The position numbers and the translations under genes are program-made. A stretch of DNA of 64,000 nucleotides, taken from Octopus sinensis (taxonomy: Eukaryota). The notes beneath the pieces are model-generated. The model saw only the letters and a list, made by a program, of their open reading frames with translations, had not been told where the DNA came from and made no database searches. The DNA lies in NCBI RefSeq assembly GCF_006345805.1, contig NC_042997.1, positions 558,001-622,000 on the forward strand, read 5' to 3'. Positions 12,163 to 26,228 of the stretch are shown here, piece by piece (position 1 is the first letter of the stretch; every line of letters starts with the position of its first letter).

Positions 12163-14255
12163 ATTTGAGACACCGGCAAAGGAAGAAATAAAGATAGATT
12201 TGTTTTCTATTCCATAGAAAACGATTTCCCACGGCTTTATCGATCGCATTCTCACCTGGAATCGATTTTGTGCGCGTTTGTGTGAGTGCATGTCTGTGTG
12301 TTTCTCTGTGTATATATGTATGTATGCATGTGTGATTGTATTACAATATTTGATACGTATGATGTTTGAATGTACTTCGCTGACCTAATATATTGAAAAT
12401 TTTCTTGCGGTGTAACAGTAATAAATAAAGTTCAATCATAATTAACATTTTCTGCAGACTTTTAATTGATGAAATCCCTACCTTGTTTTATTGACTCCTA
12501 TTACCTTTAGCATTAAATACAACGCTGTTCATAACGGGTATAATTTTCAACCCACTTTGTTAAGAGCTTACACAGATGACCCTAATTGCTTTAAACAAGT
12601 CCTTACTCCATTTTTGTACATAGTTTATTAAAATGCTCCGCTTCTATTACAATCATCGATCTTTTCCGCTACTATAGATCAGTATTTTTATCAAGCAGTA
12701 TCATCATCCCATGTTTATGTCATATTCAAATGTTTCTACGACTTTCCATTTAACTATTAATCAGTCAATGTTATTTGAATTTCTTTATTGTTTGATTTCC
12801 AACTAGAAGTAACAGAAAAAGATAACAAACTCGCCAGTGGTGCAGGAAAACTGTTCAAGATGTATCCGTTACTGCTAAATTGTAATATATTAACAAGATT
12901 GATCGTGTGGAAAGTAAATATAACGGTTTAGAGATTACGATTTCCAACATTAAATGGTCCTTACCATCCTAAAACGAAATTAATACTCGGATTATTTCAT
13001 TTGATCACAGTGAGAAGTAAGAGGTTCCTCATAAAAAATCTGCTGCTCCAGGATTCCACAATGAAATGAATATAATCAATGCAAATGCAATGCCTCATGA
13101 ATAGAGAGGTTAAACCTTGAACTTGCTCAATTGAGAAGTATTCTAAAATGTTTTGTGGTCACTGTTTTGTTATGCATCACATCACATAATTGTTATAGTA
13201 TAATTTTTCTTTTTTTTTAGCAATTCAAAGATTGTTTTAGCTTGCCTTCTGCTGGATATTGCTTTCAGAAGACAGCAAAATTTCGACATTCTCAGCATCA
13301 CTTCTATACTGATTCTCTGAAGAAAAACACATATCCGAAATGTTAGATTATTTCTCTCCTAATTCTAAAACAAATCAGTGAACACTTACTCAGACTTACT
13401 CTTTCATGAAAATATTGTAACTGACATTCACCACACCAATTTTCTAGGTTTCCCGACTGAGTAAATGCAGTAAGATAGACTCTAATGGGAATTGTTTTTG
13501 TAATTAGCGACTTCCGCTATGCGTCATGACAATAAATTAATTTAACTCTCCGTATGCATCAATTTAGTGCAACAGCAAGGTTTCCTGATTTTTTTCAAAA
13601 TAGCCTCATAGAAATGTCTTCATCACAACAAAGAAAGAACGTTATCAATAATTGCCGTGATATTCCATATCAATAAGAATATTGTCATTAAGACAGTGTG
13701 TCGACCTTTTCTAATGTAGAAAGAATCGATCTGGTAATTATAATCGCTACCAAATACAGTGAAATGGGAGGGTGGGAAGATATGATCTACTACATTGTCG
13801 TCACTATCATCAAATAGTTACTACCGCCACAAGAGCCATAGCATATTTCCTGTTTCTTAACACTGCCTGACATACTTTAAATCACTGAATTCTGAGTCTC
13901 TTCTGTGTCACATTCGAAGTAAGTATTTCTTTATCTTTTCGCAGTGAATGTTGCATTGACGTTATTAATGCTATTAGAGCTGCAGCATTCAAAGTTCGAC
14001 AGCTTAACCATTCCTTAATGATGCACTATACATGACTGGTATATGTGAAATGTTACACGTTAGATCGATCGTTTATAATGAGAATGACAAAACGGGATGA
14101 TGTTTCCCACGACAGTATAATGAGATCCGAATGTAATTTTATGCAATTCTCTTGTGAGAAATACAATGGTTTTCCAATGACAATATTACTAGATTTACCG
14201 TAACTTCTACAACATCAACTTGTGCGCAAATCTAATATTACAGATAATTTATCAT

Positions 14256-14567
<312 letters not shown>

Positions 14568-14699
14568 TGTAGTCGACATTGTGCATTAGGAAGAGACATT
14601 AGAATATACGTGGTGTGTTATATGGAAACGAGTGTGAGAAAACTGAAGAAACAGTAGAATGTTAAACGAAAGGGAATGAAACTGTTCAATGCTCCAATG

Positions 14700-14940
14700 G
14701 AAGGACAACCATCTGGGCTCAATCAGGGAGTCATACTGGTCCTGGGTCCCCTTTGCTGTCAAGGGCAAGAACACTGTCGCCGCCGTTTGTTCCAGCTGGC
14801 AGTCGCATGCTGAAAGTCTGCCCATTCTGTGTGACCATACCGACCACACATAACAGCATTCAACAAACCTTCCATCCTTACTCTTATCTACGTCCTCAAA
14901 TCAATGGTGAAAAGGTGATGGTTGTCTGTCCTCAGAGAAA
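14700..14940 (-). mobile_element. possible LINE ORF1 zinc-knuckle remnant
   Basis: IRVRMEG....MCGRYGH resembles PVILEGRPPCHSCLQPGH at 29.2 kb. Confidence 0.35.
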
Positions 14941-15802
14941 GTCTATGCTTTTAGTTTTTCTTTCATTTTTTTTTTCGACCCTGTCCACAATACCATATAT
15001 CAGGATACAACTATACAATAAACGAACGAGTGGGTGACATAAAACAAATTAAGAATTGAAAATATTCCAATACATTATGTATAAAACATTCTCAACAGAA
15101 TAGGAACCGCCGCTTAGGGAACATCGAGGCTTACTAAGACCACATAACTTTGAACTGCGTGTACGTTCACTTGTTTGACAGTAACATTCAGATAAAAGTT
15201 AACGTATAGGCATTGCCTATGTATCTAATTTGCAAATTTCACCTTTTTTCCATTAAATTCGTTTCAAATCAGAATGTTTATCTCCATTCTCACCTTCCAA
15301 TTCAAGTTGAGAGTTCATCCGGAGAGATTTTGTATTCAACATCCTGAAATGCGCCAACAGGTATATAAAGATTAATTGCTTGTTTGCCAAATGTGTTGGT
15401 GATACAACCGTTAAAAGAGGGATAAGCAGGATAAAATATTTGTCTGTTGTTTGTCAATGCTCTGATTCTCATCATGAGGAAAGGTTACTCGAGTAAACCG
15501 CCCTTAGTTCACTAGTAATACTTTATTTTATTGATTAACTACGATCAAAACGCAAATATATTTTCAGTGAGATCTGAAGTCAGAATGTAAAAATCTTGAA
15601 TTGATATCTTATGATATTTTGTCCAATGCTCAAATGGCCCACCAGTGTTTATACACTCTCAGAAAAAAGTAGTAGTACTGGTGTGGAGAATTTGAAATGG
15701 GAATATAAGAAGGCAGTTTTGAATGATGTCCGTTATATTTCAAAGTGACAGGACGACCCATTGAATTAGAGAAAATTCAATAAGGAAAAATTTAAATAAA
15801 TA

Positions 15803-15995
15803 ATCCTTTCTACTACTGGCACATGGGGTGACATTTTTGGGGAGGGGAAAAGTCGATTACATCGATCCCAATGCTGAACTGGTACTTATCTCATCGACCC
15901 CGAAAGACTGAAAAGCAAAGTCGGTTGGTGCGCGATCTGAACTCAGAAAGTAAGGCTGGAAGAAATATTGCTAACGATTCTACCTGCTCGGTGAC
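15803..15995 (-). mobile_element. SINE family A copy
   Basis: Reverse complement of the 488-690 body (GTCGATTACATCGATCCC...CTGGTACTTAT...GCAAAGTCG). Confidence 0.8.
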
Positions 15996-17173
15996 TTAAT
16001 TAGAATAAATAATAAAATTTAATCATTATTTCGAAATCAAGCATTGAACCAAAACCCGTCCTGTCAAAAGAGTGACAAACTGTAAATAGACTTTTATAAC
16101 AATATACATTTCAAGTGATTCATATGATAATGATGATTTGTATACTTATTCGAACACAATATATACGAACTCAATACATGCTTGTCGCTATTGAGTACGT
16201 CAAAGGAGAAACACTCATAACACACTCCGCTCATTGGCGCAAGGTACGTTGAGACACCGGTATTTCGACAAGTTACGTTATGTGAGCCAGAAGTACCCGG
16301 ACCTGATTGACGAGCCACGACGTACCGAAACACTGGTACCCCAGAAGCTCTTGTGTCAATGACTCGAATGCCTTATGAACACACTGTCATCGTAAAAGGA
16401 AGAAGTTTTTCTCCTATGGCGTATACAACAGCAACAAGCATCGTTTGTGTTCCAATCTGCAGGATATGTCAAGGACGAATGTTAAAATCATTGTTTTAGA
16501 TCTCGCTCTGCACAGCGCAAATATACTTTTATTTTTAATATGAAAATCTTTGCGTCATGTATACGGAAAGAAATGCATTATTATGCAGAGAATCCTAATT
16601 GCAAATCAAAAAATAATCGAAAATACGTTTTTAGACAATTTTACAGGTTACATGTTTCACATTTGTGTGTAAAATCTTCATATTTGCATGAATAGCACGC
16701 TTTTAACAGTTAATACTTTAACCATTAAAAAACCTGCCATGCTTTGGAAAACACACAACACAAACAAAATATCGCTAAACCAGCCGAAAATAGCAACAAA
16801 ATTCTTTCAAAAATCATACAATCACATAAACGTTATAGCATATAATAACGTTACTCGTGTATATCGGGCAGAATCGTCGCAGCTGGAACGACTGTCAGTA
16901 TGGTTCTCCAGTTATGTCGTATATGACTCAGCATGGTAACAGTAAGACTATTCCGAGCCTACAAGCGAAGGTTTCAATGCAGGAACACAACTTGCTGGAT
17001 GTCGCAGCCTTATTTCCTCAACCATTCACTAACATTGTACGTTAGGAAAGGATTTACAGGTAAAGAAAGTCCAGTATGTTCGAATAGACGGGATGATAAA
17101 TAAATGAATATATCACTGGTATTTTATTACCTTTCTTCCAAAAGAGTGCGGTCATATACATTTTAGAGATAAA

Positions 17174-17332
17174 GGAGTGGCTGTGTGGTAAGTAGCTTGC
17201 TTACAAACCACATGGTCCCGGGTTCAGTCCCACTGTATGGCACCTTGGGTAAGTGTCTTCTACTATAGCCTCGGGCCGACCAAAGCCTTGTGAGTGGAAT
17301 TGGGTGACGGAAACTGAAAGAACCCTGTCGTA

Positions 17333-17420
<88 letters not shown>

Positions 17421-17640
17421 CGTGCGTGTGTGTGTGTATGTGTGTGTGTGTTTCTGTGTCTGTATTTGTCCCCGCAACATCGTTTAACAACAGATGCTGG
17501 TGTGTTTACGACCCCGTAACTTAGCGGTTCGGTAAAATATACCGATAGAATAAGTACTAGGTTTACAAAGAATAAGTCCTGGGGTCGATGTGCTCGGCTA
17601 AAGGTGGTGCTCCAGTATGGCTACAGTAAGTAAAAGAGAG
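17174..17640 (+). mobile_element. tRNA-derived SINE family B with internal (TA)n(TG)n
   Basis: A box TGGCTGTGTGG, B box GGTTCAGTCCC, CORE-like CCTTGGGxAAGT; closely similar to 59810-60200. Confidence 0.9.
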
Positions 17641-17973
17641 TATTAAATATTATATTCAAAACTTCAATTGCAAAATTTGCATATAGTTGGAAGAAAAACA
17701 ATAATATATATAATGGTGAACATTTTAAAGATTTAAACTTATTTCAACAGGGAAAGATATTTGTATATGAAAAAAAAAAAATCTAAATGTATTAAACAGA
17801 ATTAAGGTACTTCCAAGAAAATTGATGTTGCAAATAACTGATGCTTCCTTTCGTCTATGTAGTAGGTTGGTATTTGGCAGTGTTGCAAACTGCTACTGTT
17901 AGTGATTCTGTTAGAACTACTAATCTACAACACAAATGTATATGTCGAAAGTGATATAGAGCTGTTTCTGTTT

Positions 17974-18028
<55 letters not shown>
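17974..18028. repeat. (TAC)n microsatellite
   Basis: Direct. Confidence 0.95.
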
Positions 18029-18606
18029 AGGTAATAACGGATAATCATTGAATATATCAATTCTTCGCTAGCTTTGTACGCTTGTTCTTATTTGTAATAC
18101 ATTTCCCACTTCTTGTTGAAATTAGTTTACTTCAATTACGTTGCCGCCTCTCTGCTAAAGGATTTGGAAATAATCCAAATATGATGCCAGTTACAGCACA
18201 TCTAAATCAAGAATAAAGCAAGCGAGCACAGTATTTCAGAATAGACTTCATAAGGCATACACATGTGCTTAAGGCTTCAAAAATTTGTTTCTATTAGCAG
18301 CTCATAAATTTCTGTTCTTTTTGTTTCATGGAGTAGCTGTTCGTCGAATCTGTCGCCGTCCAATAGCACAAGCAACAGAAGATGGTTGCTTGTGTATGAT
18401 GAAGCTATCATGAAATGAACTGTTGCATGTTATTCATGGTATCCATCTCGAATAAAATTTTGGCACGCTATACAATTGCAAAGCTGACTGTTCAAGCAGT
18501 TTTAGTCCTAAATTTATAATCTTTCTACCACGTTTTCCCGAAAACATTGTTGTATGGAAGTTGATGTCCGAAATCTAAAGAAATACGAATTAATTATGAT
18601 TATTAA

Positions 18607-18978
18607 TCTCTGTATATATAAAGCTGAAGTTGTCTGTGTATGGCAGGTTTGGTAGCCTTCAACTAACACTATCTCCTCCGAGACCCTGCGGCGCAAGTTG
18701 ACCAAAATTGAGAGTATGATAGAAGGCTTGCTCTTCCTTCCTTGGAAGAAAAAATTTCAAATCGGACCATGTTAACACTAAAAATTATTTACATCAAAAA
18801 GGTGCTTTTTATCTATGAAAATCCCTATTTTTTTACGATTTGTTGACTGTTGTGTCGCCATTTTTCGGTGTATTTCACTTAAAGAGAATAACAAGCTACA
18901 TAATGCAAAATTTTTTACTTTTCAAAAATTCCAATTCGAAAGAGTCGAAAAGAAAACAATCCCGAGCAACGCTGCTAG
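18607..18978 (+). mobile_element. non-autonomous Helitron
   Basis: A|TCTCTGTATATATAA 5' end, 3' CCCGAGCAACGCT partial hairpin then CTAG|T; ends resemble those of 22184-23137. Confidence 0.7.
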
Positions 18979-19549
18979 TAAAATTATAAACCTGAAACTT
19001 TTGCAACGGTGAATATTCAACTGAATCAGTCTCAATACTTCAGTGTTATTTCTTTTATCTACACTCGGTAGATGAAAGGAAAGATCTGTCCAGACAGGAT
19101 TTGAAATAAAATAAACGAACCTATCAGAATATTACTATTGTCTTTATCAACCCCTCTCTAAATGTCTTTTTTCCCCGATATTCATTGATTGTCAGTGTAT
19201 AGGCAAAAAGAATTTCATTTGGTGTACATCTATTTGATTGCATATTTTATAATGTAGGGCCGTGGATTGAGAGTATAAATAGTGTCAGACAAGATAATAT
19301 GACCTTCGTCTCAATAACTCACAGTGCAATAAAATCTGCAGATTCTTGTTAAATATACGCTATATATAAGTGTGTGTGTGGGGGTGTCGTTCGTCTTTAC
19401 GTGTATGACAATATTTATAAACATCTATTAGATATTAGATATGTGCGTATGCTTCTGAGTTTGGGTACGTGTGTCTACTGCTTTTTCTTTTGTATCTGTG
19501 AAAGCTATCTTAGCAATAAATGCCGCACAATAGCGTTGCAGATTTAAAC

Positions 19550-19595
19550 AATAGTAGTTTTAGCAGCAGAAGTAGTAGTAGCAACAATAGTAGCC

Positions 19596-19651
<56 letters not shown>

Positions 19652-19890
19652 GGTTGTGGTGGTGGTGGTGGTGGTTGTGGTGGTAGTAGTAGTAGTGGTG
19701 GTGGTGGTTGTGGTGGTTGTGGTGGTAGTAGTAGTAGTAGTGGTGGTGGTGGAGGTTGTGGTGGTAGTAGTAGTAGTGGTGGTGGTTGTTGTGATCGGAG
19801 TAGTAGTAGTAGTAGTAATAGTGGTAGCAGTAGCAGTAGTGGTAGTAGTAGCTGTAGCAGCAGTAGTAGTAGTAGTAGTAGTAGTAGCTA
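19550..19890. repeat. (TAG)/(TGG)/(TTG) compound microsatellite with higher-order units
   Basis: Direct. Confidence 0.95.
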
Positions 19891-20952
19891 TTGAGATGAA
19901 TAAAAGAGTTTCCTGTATCATATCTAACCAACTCTTCAATAGTCAAATCTTTTTTCTGGCACTTATTGCAACTGAAACATCTTCGCTACTCTAAACATAT
20001 TGTCTTTGACAAAATCAAACAAAACTTGCGTAACTTAGCCACGTTGTCTCTCTCTATTACAGTAAATGAAACGTATATTACGCAACGAGACTGATTCAGA
20101 GCGAATACCATAACAATGTGAAAACTGCGAATAAGAATATAGACCGCTTTATCTCGTTCTTTGTATTTCTTTATATAATTAATTCACTAGGAATTCGGAT
20201 TATCGCAATTGGTAACGGTATTGAAATTATTTCAAATCCAATCGAGACTTCGTTCTTTGCAAAAGTTCTTTTATTCAAACGGACACTTGATTTGGAAAAT
20301 TTAATTGAAAGAACAATTGCATGGCAATATAATGTCCCGGGAATGAGAGAGAGAATGAGAACTTCTCTGCTTGTAGTTATTGCCTAAGCTCGAAATTTAA
20401 ATTGAGAGAAGGAAGGCATATAGTACGATATGCCGTTTTATTTATACTGATGACGCTGCCAAAGCACAATCTCAGCTGGTGATATTATATTTGCCTATAA
20501 ACTGATCTCACACTATTTGTAAAGATGGAATACGAGGTTCAGCATTAATGATGTGTCTGACAATGTTAATCCCTAACTTGTGGTATATTTTGCTGCATAA
20601 TGTGATCGGGGAGTCAGCTTTGACAGGATTTTCAATGATAGGCAGTCGGCTACAGCATCATTAGCAGACGAGTTCTCACTGTTCCGCAAAAAAAAAACGA
20701 TTCCCGATCTCTATGCGTGATAATTTAGAACAAAATGCTTAGCCGTAACACATGTTGCATTATATGGCATTTAAGATCTACGTAGAATATCAGTAAGAGA
20801 AAAGGGCACTGATGCAGGCAACAGTCTGCTTTTTGCATCACAGTGCCCTGCCTCGGAGATGTTGGAAAAGTTATCCTCGTTTTCAATTTCAAAAGGTCAG
20901 TGGTAGCTTACACTGCTAGAACTAGAAGATTAATTTCGCTTAAAACAATAAC

Positions 20953-21228
20953 AACAAGAGCATTCAGAGAGCGCAAACCTCTGCCAAGGCAACACCAACG
21001 ATGAGAATATTACAAATGAACCCGACCGCTCTGAAAAAATTAAGTAAAAAAAATCCCCGAAAAATATCGATCCCAAATTCTAATCAATTCGTGACAGTCA
21101 CGAGGCCAAACATCCCTGAAAGTTCCACCCGAGTCCATCCAGCGGTTCTTGGGAAATCGTGTCCACGGACAAACAAACAAACAAACGACTAAAACCACTA
21201 CCTCCGCCTTTGTTAACGTGGCGGTAAT
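20953..21228 (+). mobile_element. Helentron-associated (HINE/DINE-like) non-autonomous element
   Basis: 5' AACAAGAG...ACCTCTGCCAAGGC, internal (CAAA)n, 3' ACCTCCGCC..GGCGGTAAT hairpin/subTIR. Confidence 0.55.
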
Positions 21229-22183
21229 AATTGCAGCTTCCCTCTCTGATGTTTCATTGTATCTGCTTGTGAGGATGGGAACCATATGGAGCCTGAGGAG
21301 TAGTGGGTCTTTGTGAAAAATATGAATTGAATTTACGCACAATTTGTTGTACGTTTTCCACACGCGAAATCCTTTGCAAATATGTTAAAGATACTCTTAA
21401 CCATTGTATCAGCACCCACCTGTGTTTTACTTGTATCGGATTGTTAACAGAATTAAAGTCGAAAGAGGAGGATCGTAAAGACTGTCTTTGGAAGACCGAC
21501 ATTCTATAGATATCGTGTTGACTTTGGTTATCTTGAGTATACTTTGGAAGATTATATTGCCATTTTTGAAGTGATGTGCATTTTATTCATAATAGAGCGG
21601 TTTCATTTATATAGAATGTTTCCAGTCCCAATGAGTCTGCAATCCTTTCACATATCTTTCGATAAATAATCCAAGATGCTCTGAGTTTTGTTTTCCTCTT
21701 TGTCACAGCCTTCTGTAAAATTTCCTTTCATCCATGGCTGTCAAGTTGACAAAGGAACATTCTTTTATATTTGCACTCTCTCTGTTTCTCTGGTAGTATA
21801 TTAAAAGCCCGTAGATGGAAACCAGCCTAATGTATAGTCTAAAGATAAGAGATTTATGTTGCTGGGACGAAATATAAAGGCTTATGAGATAGATTCCTGG
21901 TGTCTTTGCTCATCTCAAACTGTCAATCACTTGAGTTTGCTCTGTGTAAACGTGCATTGAATGTTACTGCCATATATCAATATGAACTAATCAGGGGCTT
22001 CAGCCAGGATTTGGAGACACTGTTAATCACAAGTAATCAGACTTTCGACGGGTTCCTTTCCGGTTACAAAGGATATTTTTTCTCATCCATCGTATATTTT
22101 CCCTCTGCTGATTGTCTTCATTCCATATTATATCCAAGTATGCTTGAATTTCTAATGATTTTATTCTTCTTATATCATCCTTA

Positions 22184-23137
22184 CTAGCTGTAAATCCCGG
22201 CATTGCCCGTGATCGGGCATACTTCTGAAGCAGTGCCTTCTTTTCTCAACCAATTGAGTATAAACGCTTTGGGCTTTTTACCTAAAAAGTCAAATGATAT
22301 TGGATATGCAGCGATGAAAAATTGTAACACGAATGTTCAAGAAACGGGAAGTTCTTACCTTTCTTGTTGCGATTGCAGCACCTCCTTGTACACAATATTC
22401 CGTGTTTTCCCGTTTTTGGCGAAGACATAAAGATCCGTCTTGCTTCCCACTCTTGAACAGTCAGCATACAGTTGTCCATGTGAAAAACATAACTCTTCCA
22501 AAAGAAGGCAAGCAACAGATAGAGTTTGGCCTTGGGACTTGTTGCTGGACATCGCAAAGCTGACAAAAATTGGGAATTTGGGTCTCCAAAATGAAAAGAG
22601 AATGTCCACTCCTAATGAAATGAGGGGAATTCTTGGAATAAGTACGTCGTCCCCTTGTCCACATCCCGTTAAAATTGTCGCTTCGATGACATTGGTTAGA
22701 GTTATTTTTACAACCAGTCGTGTGCCACTGTCGCAGTGGCGCCAGATTCCGAAGCAACATTATCGGAGTTCATTCCTTGAGGCCCAAATGTATGTGTAGA
22801 TCGTGTATACATATAAATTCGATTTGTTTTAGCTCTCAAAGGGACATGCCCTAAAAGCGTGCATTATTTTGCAGTCTGTGCCCGAAAGCTTAATGTATGT
22901 TTATTTCATATTTGAGCAAAATAAGAGAAGCCCTGAAATGCCTTTTTTGAGTCGGTTTTTCCCATCCTGTGCTAAAAGTAAGCAAAATGTGAAAACTCGA
23001 TATACCAGAAACACTCCTGGGACCAAAATACATATGTGTGTGAAATTTGGTGAAAATCAGACAAACAGTGTTGACTGTATACGCAAGCCCACAAATAAAG
23101 ACGCACACAGACAGACATCCTCCGTTATATATACAGA
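22184..23137 (-). mobile_element. internally deleted Helitron with both termini
   Basis: Minus strand A|TCTGTATATATAA ... CGGGCAATGCCGGG ... CTAG|T; contains helicase motifs. Confidence 0.9.
22355..22790 (-). pseudogene. Helitron RepHel PIF1-like helicase C-terminus
   Basis: MLLRNL...ATILTGCGQGDDVLIPRIPL...FPIFVSFAMSSNKSQGQTL...CFSHGQLYADCSRVG...GKTRNIVYKEVL. Confidence 0.92.
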
Positions 23138-25744
23138 TACACGTTTTTGGTATTTTATTAAAAGGTGACTTTGTCCCTCCAGGAGTGTTAAAAGTAAATA
23201 TTCATAATCGTGCCGCTAAACATTGCTCAATTTTCCATTACTTCCTGAGTGTTTTTCTCTTTTATAGTTATTGTACTTTTACTTGCATCTTTTGATTATC
23301 TTTGTCATGTGTGTTTCATTATTGTATTGAATGCATTAAATATTCCAACGTAATTTTCAGTAGTCAAGCGTTCCTGTTAATTTTTTTTTTTTACTTCGAA
23401 CGCCTTAATTAAGAAACAGGCTATTCCTTATTGAGTTACCTTTGATATGACACAGATTGTGAACTCTGTGGTGCGCTGATCTCTTCGGTTGACATTGTAA
23501 TAAACTCACACTTCCAAATTATTTCTTGCTATTGTTACTTTTTGATTTAGCCTTCAGCATATTTAGTATATTTTTAATGTTCGTCTGGTTCATTAATTTC
23601 ATTTCGTCTTGATTATATAAAATGTCGTGTTGTCAGTGTTGTATATTGAATGTGCAATGAAAAGTAGTTATTCTTACTGTCTTTCTTCCTTATATTGTTT
23701 GTATGCAAGACTTCACTCAGGTATATCATATCCTTCTTTTATAAGATCTGATTTACGCTTATGTATGTTTTCAATTTGGTGATATTACCGGGTTTATTCC
23801 AAATATGGAGATTTATATTTACATCACTTCATATTATAAAATGTTGACCTGTGCTGGACGCTTATGAGAAAAGTTTGAGATAATTAATTATAAAAGGTTT
23901 AATGTTAAGAAAAGAATGTATTATTTTGCAATTAATCCAATCTACAAGGAATTGGTTATCTGCTAATTTAAGAAACGGAAGAAGACAAAAACATGATGTT
24001 AGACAACTTTTTCTATTTTCCCTTTTGCCTATGCACGTATATAGCATTGCGACGATTATTTCTGTTAGCCATAACCACAAGAGTGAGCGTGAAAATACAT
24101 CCACAGTCTTTAATGACTAAAAAGAACATATTTATGAACATTGCATAGCGAAATACATACATACAATATATACTGATACTTCTGTACGGAAGAATATATT
24201 GATATTTCTGTATGGAATACTACACACACGAGCGGTACTAATATATTTAACAAAAATAACAGAAGCAAAACTATCATAAATACATAGATATTTGACAAAT
24301 GAAAATACACATAAAGTCAAGTTAAAAGCTATTTTCTGTATTTACAAATACAACGTGCCTCTAGCAATCTTTCGACATGGAACTGTTAAATAAATAACAA
24401 AAAGATTATTTGGTAACTTGATGCCACAAAAGAGGTGAATTTCTATTGGGAAATTCAACATAACCGTATTGAATAATGCAGCTTACCTACTTGTGTGATT
24501 CCAATTTTTCTCGTACTGTTCAGAGAATTGCTAGAACGATCATTAAAATAAAATGAGATGTCTTTGAAATGTCGATTAATGACATATGGAACAATGATTT
24601 TTTTTAAACCTCAAGATGGCACGAAGTGACAAGCCACGTAGATGCACTCCATAGATGTTCGTAGACAAACTCCACAGGAAATGTGATGAATGAACCTAGA
24701 AGCAGTTTTTAAAAAATTATTTGACCACTGGCTCGTTACTACTCTCATAGTGCATTTGGTGATATGCTGTTAGGCGTAACCTCTGTGGACATACTCTGGT
24801 GCGCCGTGATAGTCAGTGACAGAAAGCAGAAAAAAATTGGCTGCTACAAATACGCTCTCAGCTATGATGAGCAAATACAGTAACAGTAGCAGCAGATTCT
24901 TGAATCCGCTATTGCTAGAGCACCATTGAGTGCAGAATTGGAAACGTCAAAGTGGTACGTTTTGTTTCGTTTCGTTTTCAAGAAGCCGATCATGAGACAG
25001 AAAAATTAACCTGAAACAGTAACCAGCAGCATTATTGCTAGCGCCTGGCGATAATGAAGAGATAGAAACGACGGAAAAGATCCCTAGGAATGCCTACCTC
25101 AATGTGGGGCAATTATAACTATGAGAAAGGCCTTATCCTCCTCCAGCCGAAAGAAATTTCACGGTCCCTTGCAAAAATTTACGCTTTTGCAATGTAGGTT
25201 CAGCAAGGTGAGGGGCTCCAATTACGTGGAACCTGTGAAAGATGTATTAATAAAAATATTCGAACTAGCATGAGAAGCATTTTAAATAACCTCAACAAAG
25301 ACATATTTTGATAAGCAATACGTCCCATATAATATTGTTTAAAGGTCTTGCTTGTTTCCATACTAGAAAAACTTTCGAAAAAATATCTAAAATTATTATA
25401 GAATTTTTACTAACAGAAAAAATACGAACCCAAATAAAGTATGAATATACAACTTGTAAAAATATATCATCATATCATGAGATTTAAGCTTATTTGATTC
25501 TAAATCCAACGTTTACAGTTTTATCATTTGAGAAATTATTCTCTAGATCCTGTGACTAGATAGAATGCGAGGGCAACACGTATATAACAACTGTTTAATA
25601 AATAACAAAAATATGCCATTATGATGTTGTCGACATGGAAGATAAGTGGATTTTAAAGAATCACTGTTCCGAATAAAACATATATGCCGAATAAGGATAT
25701 AAGAAGAATCTTGATAAGGATGATAAAACTTTGAATATTTTTGT

Positions 25745-25751
25745 CTTTCTT

Positions 25752-25830
<79 letters not shown>

Positions 25831-25850
25831 GTCTGTCTGTCTGTCTGTCT
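25745..25850. repeat. (CTAT)n(CTGT)n tetranucleotide repeat
   Basis: Direct. Confidence 0.95.
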
Positions 25851-26228
25851 AACTATTCAACAACGAATATACGTACACACACATGAGATGTAAAATGTAT
25901 CTAAATCTCTGCATTGGATGACACTTATGCACACAGATGTCTCTGTCACCCACACACAAACACACAACGCACATACACATTTGACTCTGATATGTATAAA
26001 TACAAATTTGTTGCCATTTCAGATATACTTGAAGCATATTCGACCCCGTAAGAGCCGTTCATCCGATGACATCTTACAGTGAATGACTTTCGTATGATTT
26101 CAAATATGCATCTAACATTTTAAAACTGGTAACAAGTTTGAATCTATGTATGTTTGTCGGTATGTATCTATGAATATATGTTTAAAGGGCGGAGGTAGAA
26201 GTAAAGAGAAAATGGAAAATTACTGATA

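Noticed and set aside
13400-13460. Minus-strand candidate exon (SGNLENWCGECQLQYFHER)
   Set aside because: Weak acceptor, no recognisable homology, no partner exons
13918-13945. GTAAGT...TTTTCGCAG intron-like segment
   Set aside because: Only ~26 nt and no flanking coding frame
16200-16460. GC-richer patch faintly like Gypsy gag
   Set aside because: No convincing motif or LTRs
18150-18500. Possible hAT transposase remnant
   Set aside because: Only a vague HCxxH-like trace; too decayed to support
24600-25240. Coding-like composition patch
   Set aside because: No open frame or identifiable motif
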